Position numbers and translations under genes: made by a program
The notes under the pieces: generated by a model
The model's database searches: none
What the model saw: only the letters and a program-made list of their open reading frames with translations
Told to the model about the DNA's origin: nothing
Shown: piece after piece, positions 20,801 through 29,855 of the stretch
Layout of the letters: every line of letters starts with the position of its first letter
How positions within the stretch are numbered: position 1 is the stretch's first letter
From: an uncultured Fibrobacterota bacterium
GTDB taxonomy: Bacteria; Fibrobacterota; Chitinivibrionia; Chitinivibrionales; FEN-1185
NCBI GenBank assembly: GCA_963753345.1
Contig: CAVWBU010000026.1
Location: 1-64,000, forward strand
Reading direction: 5' to 3'
DNA: 64,000 nucleotides

Positions 20801-21578
20801 CGGCATGAGCTTCGTAGACTTCGCCGAGGCCATTGAAGATCAATCGATCGAAGGGTCGGCGGATCAGAAAATGGCAGCCAAGATCAAGATCCTTTCGAGC
20901 CTCGACAAATATTATGTGAGCGGTCTCAAGTATTTCCAGAAAAACATCGAGTGGGCCTACGATCAGAGCATTGCCGGCGAATATGTCACCAAGTCCATGG
21001 ACATGTTCATGAAGGTCCTTTTCCTGAGAGCCAATGCGCTTGAGAAAGTCGGTATAATCCTTAAGACGTCTCCCATACCAAGGGACCTTTCCAAAGAAGA
21101 AAAGCAGGCGTACCAGGAGTTGCTTGAGGAAAAATCCCTTGAGGCCATGGACAAGGCGCTGCCGCTGTACGAAGAGGCGGTAAAGGCCGCGGCAGACATG
21201 GGAATAGCGGAAAGCCAGTGGCTCACCAAGATACGGGAGAGAATCCAGGAGATCAATCCTTCTTCGCAGGCGCTCACTACGAAAATCACGGCCCGCACGC
21301 CAAAGGCGCCGCCGCCGGAAGCGATCCAGCAGGCTCCCGTGGAGAATGGCAAGGCGTCGAAAGAGGCCAAACCGAGCACTACCGTTGCTGCTGTCAGTCA
21401 ACCAGCTGTCCCGCAGTTTCATGACGACACATATCAGCGCAACATGAAGCGCATTCAGAACATCCTTCAGATGGATATTCCTATGGATGACAAGATCCGG
21501 CAGTTGAAACGAATCGAGACCGAGGCACAGCGGGCCATCAGTGAAGAGGAGGAAAAGATCCAAGAACTGAAGAAATAA
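17871..21578 (+). CDS. Large exported TPR protein (GltD/AgmU-like by architecture and context)
   Basis: Signal peptide, many TPR/CpoB-type repeats (..YPxS..A..A), 1235 aa. Confidence 0.8.
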   Translation: MRTSKLKLALCIAMVCAMGIAWKAAFGADDTEAKKRAILEQIKKLEEQKAHFAGKPAANQNLDEIVVRYENLLSGCTKKSDRCADVLFTLAQLYYQQAQDGYIKAREEYGREMDEYDKNPKGRKEPVNPIPNYSKAMKMYNRLVHEYSDFRTIDEAYYQMGNIYLVMGELDSSGWAMEQVIKASPNGQRTSSAHFRLGDFAYMQHDFPKALKHLELCKPEGLSPDNQGMVQYRKGDIYYNMGEFDKAVQSFQDYIQKCDAGEYPKQEFRGEALEMMSVAFSDMPKGSEEAERFFRKVGGRPYEDYVIYTIGMKNRVHGQTDDAIVALQYALKRFPFYKDAPIAQQMLVECFIIKKDYEKANAAREKLVDFYGPNGEWSAKNASQKVVMDQARDQVRKALAAIPLYYHGLAQKSKDKALYEKALKRYNEFAQKFPDDKWHNYEFKYYMAEIYNTLGDYQKSAENFDFVAMSDLASFGPYKEDVDTLGMDQTEIEKQKKEEKTGPISISQEDAAYNAVVALMNARKKEMAADGVSDEQSFNLPVTKQLLDYIHRYQAKFVKSANAAEITFIGADVYYSAKMYDNASKDYKFIIDSYPDSKFALKSMRMIANCYVSTGEFDLAMAKYKDLLKKTQANTPEYNELIELAAGAMFKKAESMQKANNVIGAADAFKAIAADYPKSKVAARGWLEAARCYEATNNFELAASTLQDLATKFPSSELRENAFLRAAEDFKKIDKWANAANVYQTAALTITKPDFAIPSLSYAAEAYSKVNDFDNAGKMYELAYERYPKDAKTPLALYNAGLIYEKGKLYEKAIRAYTVLTQNFPASEYSPEAFFSVGLCYEKMGRNVDMAAVFTDFARKYEGDKYKQVEALVKAGDAYYNLGDFKEAQKDYLLAVEVYEKFKGKADMNVEAVAKSYYKQGEILYKVFGDISLKGSKQQVAANLRAKEEALKNAAGPYAKSIELGVEEWTLRSTFKIGMSFVDFAEAIEDQSIEGSADQKMAAKIKILSSLDKYYVSGLKYFQKNIEWAYDQSIAGEYVTKSMDMFMKVLFLRANALEKVGIILKTSPIPRDLSKEEKQAYQELLEEKSLEAMDKALPLYEEAVKAAADMGIAESQWLTKIRERIQEINPSSQALTTKITARTPKAPPPEAIQQAPVENGKASKEAKPSTTVAAVSQPAVPQFHDDTYQRNMKRIQNILQMDIPMDDKIRQLKRIETEAQRAISEEEEKIQELKK

Positions 21579-21696
21579 GGATGCATGTAACACAAAGAGA
21601 AAGGAGAGAAAAAAGCGGATTTTTCCTGATAAACTTTGATTATCGCAATTCCAACATTATTTTACTTATATCACTTTAATGGAAGGGGTTTAGCTT

Positions 21697-22323
21697 ATGC
21701 AAATGCTCAATTTCCTTTTGCTCGGTTTTCAGTCCGCGGCCAGCTTCATCATGTGGATCATCCTGTTGCTGTTCTTTGCCGGACTGGGATTGTTCGTTGA
21801 GCGTTTCTGGTATCTGTTTATCAAGTGTGATATGGGAACCGCTGCCTTCATGAAAGGGATTTCGAACTATCTCAAGGCCGGAGATTACGACCGTGCGATC
21901 AAGTACTCCCAGACGATGAAGACCCCTCTTGCAAAGGGCGTCCTCACCGTTTTACAGAACCGCACAAAGGGTCCCAAGGCGATCAGAAAAGCGGTGGACG
22001 AGGTCTTTCTTACCGAAGGTCCCAAGATCAAGAGAAACGTCTTCCTGTTGAACACGCTTGCCAACCTGGCGACGCTCACGGGACTCACCGGCACAATTTA
22101 CGGAACCATGGAATGTTTCGACGCCATTGCAAATGCTCCTGCGGCACAGAGAGCCCAGCAGCTCGCATCAGGCATTTCCATCACGATGTCCGCCACGCTC
22201 ATGGGACTTCTTGTTGCCGTTCCCTGCATTCTCGGACACGGTATTCTGAGCGGCAAAGCGGACAAGATTATTGAGGACATGGACGAAAAGGTGACAAAAT
22301 TGAGCAATGCGGTTGAGGAATAG
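21697..22323 (+). CDS. MotA/TolQ/ExbB proton-channel protein (AglR-like)
   Basis: 3 TM segments; ATLTGLTGTIYG, LASGIS..M.AT.MGL.VAVP. Confidence 0.93.
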   Translation: MQMLNFLLLGFQSAASFIMWIILLLFFAGLGLFVERFWYLFIKCDMGTAAFMKGISNYLKAGDYDRAIKYSQTMKTPLAKGVLTVLQNRTKGPKAIRKAVDEVFLTEGPKIKRNVFLLNTLANLATLTGLTGTIYGTMECFDAIANAPAAQRAQQLASGISITMSATLMGLLVAVPCILGHGILSGKADKIIEDMDEKVTKLSNAVEE

Positions 22324-22514
22324 ATTCAGGGGCATTTTTATAGGTACATGTAACGTTTCGCCCGGATGAGTCGTTGTATTGCTTGGTGAACAGCGGGCAG
22401 GCAGGCACTCAATAGAATTCTCTTGTGGCTGCAGAAAGCATTTACGCGTTATACTGCCGGGCGAACCGGAACGCAGTTGTAATCGTTACTAAACTTTAAG
22501 ACAGGAAAAGAACA

Positions 22515-23331
22515 ATGGCAAAAAGACCCTCCAAAATGGTTGCGGAAGGTGGTGGCCACGATCTGAATATAGATCTAAAGCCGTTCATCAATTTCTTGGT
22601 GGTGCTCATTCCTGTGCTCATGCTTTCCGCGGAATTTGCGAAGATTTCAATTATTAATCTGAAACTTCCGGAAGGCCGTGGCTCAAGCCCCTCGATCAAA
22701 CAGACCGTTGCTCCTGATAATCAGGATGACAACAAGCTGCTTCTTACGATGATAGTAACCGATTCGGTGGTGACCCTCGGTGCCAAAGGCGGATTTCTCC
22801 CCAGTCTTTTTTATAGGGAATTCCACAAGTACGTTTCCAAGGAAGACCGGAGCGTGGAGGTAACCGTCGAGTACGATCCTGCGAACCCGAAGAAGCAGAT
22901 TAAAAACCCGAAAACGGGGAAACCGTTCCAGGTTACCGAACGGCAGGAGATTTTGCTATATGTGACGGATGAGAACCACACCATCATCAACTGCCTCTAT
23001 GACAAGGGCGGTGACGATGCTCACCGACGGGGCGGGCAATCCGCTCAAAACAGCCGCCAAGACAGGTGATACGGTATTCATTCTTACCAATCCCCGTCGG
23101 CAGGTGGTCGTGACAGACCCGTCGGCATATTCGCTTCGTCCGCTGTCTGCATACGATGAAATGAAGAACAGGCTCATGAAGATCAAACAGCGGTACTCGG
23201 ATGTTCCCGACGCGAATGATATCATTCTTGCCGCGGAAAATCAGGTTGCCTACGACAAGATAGTTCAGCTCATGGACGTGGCAAGACTTGCTGAGTTTCC
23301 AAACATCGCGATTTCAAAATTAAGGAGCTAA
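22515..23331 (+). CDS. ExbD/TolR-family protein 1, long form, split by an apparent +1 frameshift near 23016
   Basis: N-terminal DLKPFINFLVVLIP TM in one frame; C-terminal IILAAENQVAYDKIVQLMDVAR in the next frame. Confidence 0.8.
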
Positions 23332-23332
23332 T

Positions 23333-23839
23333 ATGGCTATACAACGGGGAAGAAATAAATATGAAACCCCAAAGTCGGCCGGTTTAATCATCACGTCCCT
23401 GATTGACTTTTTCTCAATCGTCGTCATCTACCTGATGAAGAGCTATTCCGCGGAAGGCAGCATCCTGACGAATGCCGACAACCTTACCCTTCCCAACTCT
23501 GTTGCGATCACCAAGCCGAAGGAAATCTTTCTTCAGGTTGCCGCCACGAACGATATGGTCCTCGTTGACAATATACCGACTGTTCCGACCGACGATGTGA
23601 GAAGAATTTCTCAGGATGTTCCCGACCCGATTGTGGCCAAACTTGAGGAAAAACTCAATGCTTCTTACGCCCAGGAACAGCAAATGGTGAAGCTGGGAGC
23701 GCTCAACAAGATCCAGGGCAATGTCATCATCCAAATGGACAAGAATGTCGAATTCGACGTCTTGTTTAAAATCATGAATACCTGCGGAAAAGTTGGCTAC
23801 AATAATATGAATTTCGCAGTTATGGAAAGGGAGCAGTAG
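23333..23839 (+). CDS. ExbD/TolR-family protein 2 (AglS-like)
   Basis: LIITSLIDFFSIVVIYLMKS; IQMDKNVEF..L.KIMNTC. Confidence 0.9.
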   Translation: MAIQRGRNKYETPKSAGLIITSLIDFFSIVVIYLMKSYSAEGSILTNADNLTLPNSVAITKPKEIFLQVAATNDMVLVDNIPTVPTDDVRRISQDVPDPIVAKLEEKLNASYAQEQQMVKLGALNKIQGNVIIQMDKNVEFDVLFKIMNTCGKVGYNNMNFAVMEREQ

Positions 23840-23841
23840 CT

Positions 23842-25146
23842 GTGAAGTACAAAGTACTCATAAAGAAATGCACAGATGCCGGACGTGCCGACAGGATAGC
23901 CGAGGAAATTGCACGGTGGTCCGGTACGACAGCGGATGTGGTACGAGGCGTTATCATGCAGAAGCCGGTATGCATCCGAAAAGAAGCGGACGAGAACGAA
24001 GCGTTGCGCCTTAAACAGCAGTTCGAGGCCATTGGCGCCGAGATCGAGTTGGTTGCTCTGGAGAAAGCTCCGGCCGTGCCGGTTGCCGGTGCCGACGACG
24101 AAGAAGAGGCTGTGGAAAGCACGCGTTCCCTTTCCGACGCCGACTACACACAGGTTCTCAGCAAACGCCCGGATATTTTTGTCCTCGAAAAGGACGCCAA
24201 GCTGCGAAACTTGGTAGTCATTTCAATGATAATCGGGCTGTGCGCCGGTTTCTGGATGAGCACCATAAAAGTTGTTCAGGTGGCTACGGACTTCTTCGAG
24301 AAGATTCCGGAAGAGCGTGTTGCGAAGTTTGTAAAAGGCGAGGTGGACGCCACGTTGGACGACCAGAAAAAGAAAAAGGAAGAAGAAGAAAAGAAGAAAG
24401 AACAGGAGAAGTTCGAAAACGACAAGAAGACCCTTAAGAAGCAAACCGACAAGAAGGGCGCAGGCGGGAAATTTGGCGGCGGCGGCGACCCCCGCGCGCG
24501 CGTGACGCAGAAGGGCGTTCTGGGAATTATATCCGGCAAGATCACCGGTAAGGCCGTTGCCAGCGCCGATATTTTCGGAAAAGGCGGATTCGCAACAGGC
24601 ATCGACGGGATTTTGCAGGGCATCGGCGGTCTCAAGGCCGGCGGTTCGGGCGGTGTTGGACGAAGGGGCGCGGCCGGAATCGGTTTTGGCGCGGGCTATG
24701 GAAGCGGATTCGGCGGCGGAAGCGGATTCTCCGGCGTCGACGATCTTATCGGCGGACTGCTGGGCGGTGAAGGTGAAAGCAGCCTCTCGCTCAAGAAACG
24801 GGGCAACCTCACGGTGTCGGAGCCGAAATTCGTAAAGGGCGGAGCCTTGACGGGCGGCAGGAGCAGAGCGAGCATCATGCGCGTTGTCATGCAGAACATC
24901 GCGGCGCTCCGGTATGCCTACAACAAGCGGCTGCGCGAAAAGCCAGGCCTCAAGGGCAAGATCACCTGCAAGTTTGCGATCGACGAATTCGGCAAGGTTA
25001 TTTTCTGTGAGGTTCTCGAATCGACCATGAGCGATCCCTCGCTCGAGCAGGAAGTCACCGACAAAATAAAGAGATGGGTTTTTGAGAAGATTGACAAGCC
25101 GGGCGACGTCACCGAAGTGGTGTACCCGTTCGTATTCTCGCAATAG
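23842..25146 (+). CDS. TonB-like AgmX/PglI (GltG-type) C-terminal domain protein
   Basis: GTG start; single TM, Lys/Glu-rich and Gly-rich linkers, C-terminal LRYAYNKRL..PGLKGKI..KFAI..G.V....YPFVF. Confidence 0.85.
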   Translation: MKYKVLIKKCTDAGRADRIAEEIARWSGTTADVVRGVIMQKPVCIRKEADENEALRLKQQFEAIGAEIELVALEKAPAVPVAGADDEEEAVESTRSLSDADYTQVLSKRPDIFVLEKDAKLRNLVVISMIIGLCAGFWMSTIKVVQVATDFFEKIPEERVAKFVKGEVDATLDDQKKKKEEEEKKKEQEKFENDKKTLKKQTDKKGAGGKFGGGGDPRARVTQKGVLGIISGKITGKAVASADIFGKGGFATGIDGILQGIGGLKAGGSGGVGRRGAAGIGFGAGYGSGFGGGSGFSGVDDLIGGLLGGEGESSLSLKKRGNLTVSEPKFVKGGALTGGRSRASIMRVVMQNIAALRYAYNKRLREKPGLKGKITCKFAIDEFGKVIFCEVLESTMSDPSLEQEVTDKIKRWVFEKIDKPGDVTEVVYPFVFSQ

Positions 25147-25150
25147 TAGC

Positions 25151-25179
25151 TTGACGCCGGTTGTTCGAGAGAATATAAT
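25151..25179 (+). promoter_or_regulatory. Near-consensus sigma70 promoter
   Basis: TTGACG-17 nt-TATAAT, followed by GGAGG RBS and ATG 25216. Confidence 0.8.
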
Positions 25180-25215
25180 AGAGAACGCGGCCCTTTTCTC
25201 CACGGAGGATTTGAT

Positions 25216-26520
25216 ATGAGGAAGATTGTGTGCGCGGTGCTTCTTGCGGGATGCTTTGTGGGCAGCTATGCGACGGATGCAAGAGTGCTCACCATGGGGG
25301 GGAACGACAATTTTTTCATGGATGACGTGAGCATCTTTCGAAATCCCGCCAATATCAATTATTATCCGAATATGCTCATGGGCTCCTTGGGAATATACGT
25401 GCCTGGCAAGAACGACACAGGCAGCGCCGCCGCGCTGCAGCGCAGCTCGACGGTCCCCCAGAGGCCCTATGGCGGCACCATTCTTTCCTATTCTCTCAAT
25501 CAATCCTCGGAATCGGGTAACCAGTATCCTCTTCTCTCTCTTGGGCTGGTGGTCAACAGGTGGGACCCGTATCTAGATTATTTTGATCCGGGCAGTGCGG
25601 ATTTTACCACGGCGTTTGGAAGCTCCCACATCTGCAACGTGGTAGCGCCGGTCGGCAAAGTCGATCTGATGGTGGGCTACGCAATGTCGAATGGCGCAAT
25701 GATCGGCGTCGGAACATACCTGGCGTTTCAGAAACAGACAATCGGGTCATTCAACCTGGAGTCTGATCTTTACAAAGGGAACATCGGCATCAACTGGCCC
25801 ATTGCGAAATCGATGAATCTTGAAGCTTCATTCGGGATTGTTTCTGCAACGGAAAATGCCGAAGTCGTTGACACGCTCAAGCTCAATGCCAACAACGCCT
25901 ACGACACCGTGTGGATGGCCAACCCTCAGATCATCGCGAAAAACAATTTGTCGTTCAAGGGCGACTTGAGGCTGTTTTCCGCATTGACCGCGCTCAACGG
26001 CGATTTTGTCCCTCACCTGTCGGCTGAGTTCATCAATCTCAATGGGTTCTCGGCACAGAATTATTCGCTCGGCATCGGCGTCAATGTCAATATCGACAAG
26101 GGCTTTTTCTGGACAGGACTTGAGGGACTCGTTGAACAAAAGTACTTTTCGAAATTCAATTCCTTGTTCTCCTCCAACGCAGCCGTCGGCGATTCCATTT
26201 CCACCACGGGAATCGGGGGACGCCTGAGCGCCGGCCTCGAAAGAAACGTGGTGTGGGACTGGCTTGTGCTTCGCATCGGGGTTTCCAAGCGACTGCTGTA
26301 TGTTCAGAATGGTGACGGCTCGAACAGTCACTGGGAGCAAAACCCTGAAGCGAGCGGGTCCGACGACGATTTCGCCTCGGTGGGCGTCGGGGTGAACATC
26401 GAGAACCGCTTCCGGATCGACGGGGTGGTGGCCAAGAACATATTTTACACATTCACGAACCTGATCAGCGGCCCGCAGCCGTACCTTATGAACAGGATAA
26501 CGCTGACATACAGTTTCTAG
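25216..26520 (+). CDS. Outer-membrane beta-barrel protein (FadL/PorV-like N-terminal motif)
   Basis: Signal peptide, MGG..FFMDD.SIFRNPANI, amphipathic strands, terminal TYSF. Confidence 0.7.
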   Translation: MRKIVCAVLLAGCFVGSYATDARVLTMGGNDNFFMDDVSIFRNPANINYYPNMLMGSLGIYVPGKNDTGSAAALQRSSTVPQRPYGGTILSYSLNQSSESGNQYPLLSLGLVVNRWDPYLDYFDPGSADFTTAFGSSHICNVVAPVGKVDLMVGYAMSNGAMIGVGTYLAFQKQTIGSFNLESDLYKGNIGINWPIAKSMNLEASFGIVSATENAEVVDTLKLNANNAYDTVWMANPQIIAKNNLSFKGDLRLFSALTALNGDFVPHLSAEFINLNGFSAQNYSLGIGVNVNIDKGFFWTGLEGLVEQKYFSKFNSLFSSNAAVGDSISTTGIGGRLSAGLERNVVWDWLVLRIGVSKRLLYVQNGDGSNSHWEQNPEASGSDDDFASVGVGVNIENRFRIDGVVAKNIFYTFTNLISGPQPYLMNRITLTYSF

Positions 26521-26526
26521 CACGTA

Positions 26527-26592
26527 GCGGCCGAGCGCGGTTGTTTTTTCACGCAGGCGGATGATTGTAACGCAACAACATCATCCGCCTTT
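26527..26592 (+). terminator. Terminator-like hairpins
   Basis: GCGGCCG-AGCG-CGGTTGT followed by T-run; second inverted repeat AGGCGGATGA...TCATCCGCCT. Confidence 0.5.
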
Positions 26593-26605
26593 GTAATTCT
26601 CCCCT

Positions 26606-29600
26606 ATGGCCCAACGCGACCTCCGATTCCGCCTGCTTTCATTCCTTCTCCTTTTTCTGTTCGGCGGCGCGATCGTCGGGGAAACGGTGAGCCTGTCAAT
26701 GATCGTCACCGTGTCCGGCCCGGCCGTGCTCGGCAAGCTCTTCTTTGTCAATGGCGCCCTGCTCTTCCTGCTCCCGCCTCTCTATTTCAGCAACATCGAC
26801 CGGATCAACCGCGGCAAGCTGTTTTCCGCTCAGCTGCTTGGCGTATCGTGTGTGCTGGTCTGCTACCTTGCGCTGTTTCTCGTGGCGGGCAAGGACAATC
26901 TCGCCGCGATTTCGTTCTGGCTGCTTCTCATTTACCCGATTTCCTATCTGTCAAAAACAACCCTGTTTCTCTCCTTCTGGACCCTGGCGAACGACATCTA
27001 CACCACCGACGAGGCGAAAAAGGGGTTTCCGAAAATCGCCTCGTGGGGATTTGTGGGAGGGCTGAGCGGAGCGTGCGGCGCGCGACTGCTGCTTGAAGCG
27101 GTCGACGCGGAAATGATCCTTGGGCTCTGGGCCGCCGCATACCTGGTGGCCTTTGCGATTTCGCGAAAGATGACGGCCGCATACTGGCTGAAATTCGCGA
27201 GGAAGGAAAATCTGGAGCGGGAACAGGCGGGGGCGAGAGGAATGATGGCCGCCCTCAGGCTGGTGCTGTCCAACAAACTCATACGGCTGATCGCGGTGCT
27301 CTATTTTCTGGTGTTCGTGGCGATTTTTCTGCAGGACTACCTTTTCTGGAAGAAGAGCGCCGCATGGTTTCCCTCGCCGAACGGGCTCGCGTCATTTCAA
27401 TTCAGCTTCTATCTCGCGTATTCAATTGTTGTAATAGCGGGATTGCGTTTTGCGATGCCGGGCCTTATTGCGCGATGGGGATTCACCAGGATTTTCGCCC
27501 TTCTGCCCCTGACGCTCCTTGCCGGATCGGCGGTTATGATCCTCATGACGGCGGCCGGCGCGGCAGGAACGGTTTGGTTCGTCGGATTTCTTGGGTTCCA
27601 GTTCCTCCGGTACGTGGTATTCGAGAACGCGTTTTCCCCCATATACCAGATGTTTTTCGCGGCCATCCCGAGGGACACGAGAGGGAGGGCCAAGACGTTT
27701 CTTGACGGCGTGGTCAAGCCGTCAGCGATCATGCTCACCGGTTTGTTTCTCATGTTCGTCGGAAGCAGCGCGCTGGTGCTCCTGTGCATCGTCGCCGGCG
27801 CGTCCGCCGTGATGGCGTACGTGGTCGTGCTCATCCGCAGAACGTACACCAAAGCGCTTATCCCTGCTCCTCGGCCTGCGGTGCCGGAAGAAATCATGGC
27901 CGAAATAGGCAGCCGCCACGACCAGGGAATTTTGGCGTTAGTCAATGAGTATTCGTCGTCGCGCGGCAGCGACGTCCGGATGATGGCGGTAAGGATCCTC
28001 GCGCATGACGGCTCGAAACAGGCTTTCCGGATTTTGCAGGCAATGTACCAGAAGGAAACCGACGCCTCAGTCCGGGAGACCATTGCCGGCTCGCTGTCGC
28101 CCTTTGCGGGGCCGGGAACCGATGACCTGTTCCACGCCATGCTCCGCGACGAGAACCCGAGGATACGCGCCAACGTCCTGCATTCCCTGAATGCATCCGG
28201 CGGCGCGTGGAAGTCTCGCTTCTACGATGCGATCAGGCCGATGTTTTTTGAAAACAATCCCCGGGTCCAGATCGAGGCGGCCGCATTTCTCTGGACCGCC
28301 GGAGACGACAGGGATCGAAACGACGTGCAGGCATTTCTCCGGTATCTCCTTTCTGTCAAGAACGCGAACAGGCGCTCGGGCGGGCTTTACCTTGTTGGGG
28401 TGCTCCGGCCCGAAGGGTGGGAGCGCACGCTGCTGTCAAACCTCAACGCATCGTCGATCCAGGTGTTCACCAAGAGCGTGGAGATCATCTTCTCTTCCGC
28501 GTCGAGGCAGACCCAGCTTGAAACGCTGAAGCTGTCGGACGGACTTACCCGCCGGCATATCACCGTAGTCGGGAACGCGGTCGCATCGCGGGGCACGGAG
28601 GCGCTTGACGTCGTATGCGAATTTCTGCGGGGCGGCGCAGGCAAGCGCATGATGGTTGAGCTCATCCACGCCCTGCGGGCGGGCATCGAATCAACGGCGG
28701 GGGCGCATCCGCTCGATGCGGAAACGGGCGCGGTCTTATCGGCGTGGATCATCGGCGAGCTCGAGGACGTGTACCGCGACTGCACCGTGTGGCGTAACCT
28801 CGAACAGCACGCCGGCAGGGAAGGAGCCTCCTCCTGGATGCCCTTTCTCGAGGATGCGCTTCGCGAGCACCTTGCCCGTGTGTGCGAATGGGCCCTGGAT
28901 GTGGCCGCTCTGCTCGACCCGAAGGGCGTGATGGTCGCAGGGAGGCGCAATCTTGACGTAAAGGAATACACGCAGCGATTCAACCTCATCGAGCTGCTGG
29001 ACAATTTCGGACCGCACCATATTGCCATGCTCATCACGCCGATACTGCGTCGGGATTCCTGGGAGCTGCTTGCGAAAACGGGCAGGGGATTTTTCTCCTT
29101 TGACGACGGCTCGGCCGCCGGAGGCATCAGGTATTTTGTCTCATCATCCAACCGCTGGACATGTCTTTGCGCGATTTACGCACTGTGGAAAATCTCCGGC
29201 GCGCGCGGTGCCCGCGGGCTTCTTTCCGAGGAACGGGAGGTTTTGGAAACGGTGGCGCGTGAACAAAATTCCCTTGCGTCAAGGGCCGCCGCGCAATTGC
29301 TTCTGCCAGACAAGGACCAATCTGCCATGACCATTGACGTTTTCGAGCTGCTGGAACGCGTGATGTCGCTCAAGAAGACGCCCCTGTTCGGCTCAATTCC
29401 CGCCGAGAAGCTTATCGAGCTTGCCGAGATCATCCAGCGCCTTGCGTACCGAAAAGGCACGCTTATTTCCCGTGAAGGCGAGTTGAGCGACCACCTGTAT
29501 GTCGTGGCGAGCGGAAGCCTAAAAATTGTTAAGGTGAAGAACGGCGTAAAAACTATTTTATCCATAGTGGCCAAGGGAGAGACGTACGGCGAAATCGGCC

Positions 29601-29827
29601 TGTTCAACCAGGCGCCGCGGTCCGCTTCCGCGGTTGCAAACGAAGACTGCGAGTTATGGGTGATCCAGCGGAGCGCGCTCAAGAAGTTCCTGCTCGAGAT
29701 GCCGGAGATAGCCTACAATCTGCTGGAAGTGTTCAGCGACAAACTGCGCCGGAGCGGGGAAGAGGTCGCCCTGCTCCAGACGACCCTGTCGACCAGCCTG
29801 AAGGAACATACCGTTCATGAAGAGTGA
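26606..29827 (+). CDS. MFS/NTT-like multi-TM domain + HEAT repeats + cyclic-nucleotide-binding domain
   Basis: About 12 TMs with FWTLANDIY...AKK.F and RGRAKTFLDG; D.NPRIRAN HEAT; GEIGLF..APRSAS cNMP motif. Confidence 0.85.
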   Translation: MAQRDLRFRLLSFLLLFLFGGAIVGETVSLSMIVTVSGPAVLGKLFFVNGALLFLLPPLYFSNIDRINRGKLFSAQLLGVSCVLVCYLALFLVAGKDNLAAISFWLLLIYPISYLSKTTLFLSFWTLANDIYTTDEAKKGFPKIASWGFVGGLSGACGARLLLEAVDAEMILGLWAAAYLVAFAISRKMTAAYWLKFARKENLEREQAGARGMMAALRLVLSNKLIRLIAVLYFLVFVAIFLQDYLFWKKSAAWFPSPNGLASFQFSFYLAYSIVVIAGLRFAMPGLIARWGFTRIFALLPLTLLAGSAVMILMTAAGAAGTVWFVGFLGFQFLRYVVFENAFSPIYQMFFAAIPRDTRGRAKTFLDGVVKPSAIMLTGLFLMFVGSSALVLLCIVAGASAVMAYVVVLIRRTYTKALIPAPRPAVPEEIMAEIGSRHDQGILALVNEYSSSRGSDVRMMAVRILAHDGSKQAFRILQAMYQKETDASVRETIAGSLSPFAGPGTDDLFHAMLRDENPRIRANVLHSLNASGGAWKSRFYDAIRPMFFENNPRVQIEAAAFLWTAGDDRDRNDVQAFLRYLLSVKNANRRSGGLYLVGVLRPEGWERTLLSNLNASSIQVFTKSVEIIFSSASRQTQLETLKLSDGLTRRHITVVGNAVASRGTEALDVVCEFLRGGAGKRMMVELIHALRAGIESTAGAHPLDAETGAVLSAWIIGELEDVYRDCTVWRNLEQHAGREGASSWMPFLEDALREHLARVCEWALDVAALLDPKGVMVAGRRNLDVKEYTQRFNLIELLDNFGPHHIAMLITPILRRDSWELLAKTGRGFFSFDDGSAAGGIRYFVSSSNRWTCLCAIYALWKISGARGARGLLSEEREVLETVAREQNSLASRAAAQLLLPDKDQSAMTIDVFELLERVMSLKKTPLFGSIPAEKLIELAEIIQRLAYRKGTLISREGELSDHLYVVASGSLKIVKVKNGVKTILSIVAKGETYGEIGLFNQAPRSASAVANEDCELWVIQRSALKKFLLEMPEIAYNLLEVFSDKLRRSGEEVALLQTTLSTSLKEHTVHEE

Positions 29828-29855
29828 TACACACAATTCACAAGCAGGAGGGTGT

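Noticed and set aside
13892-21593. Long minus-strand ORFs (13892-15388, 16154-18136, 19383-21593)
   Set aside because: Antisense shadows of well-supported plus-strand genes in GC-rich DNA
22969-23069. Programmed ribosomal frameshift in exbD1
   Set aside because: No slippery heptamer or obvious stimulatory element at the junction; several other indels point to sequence error
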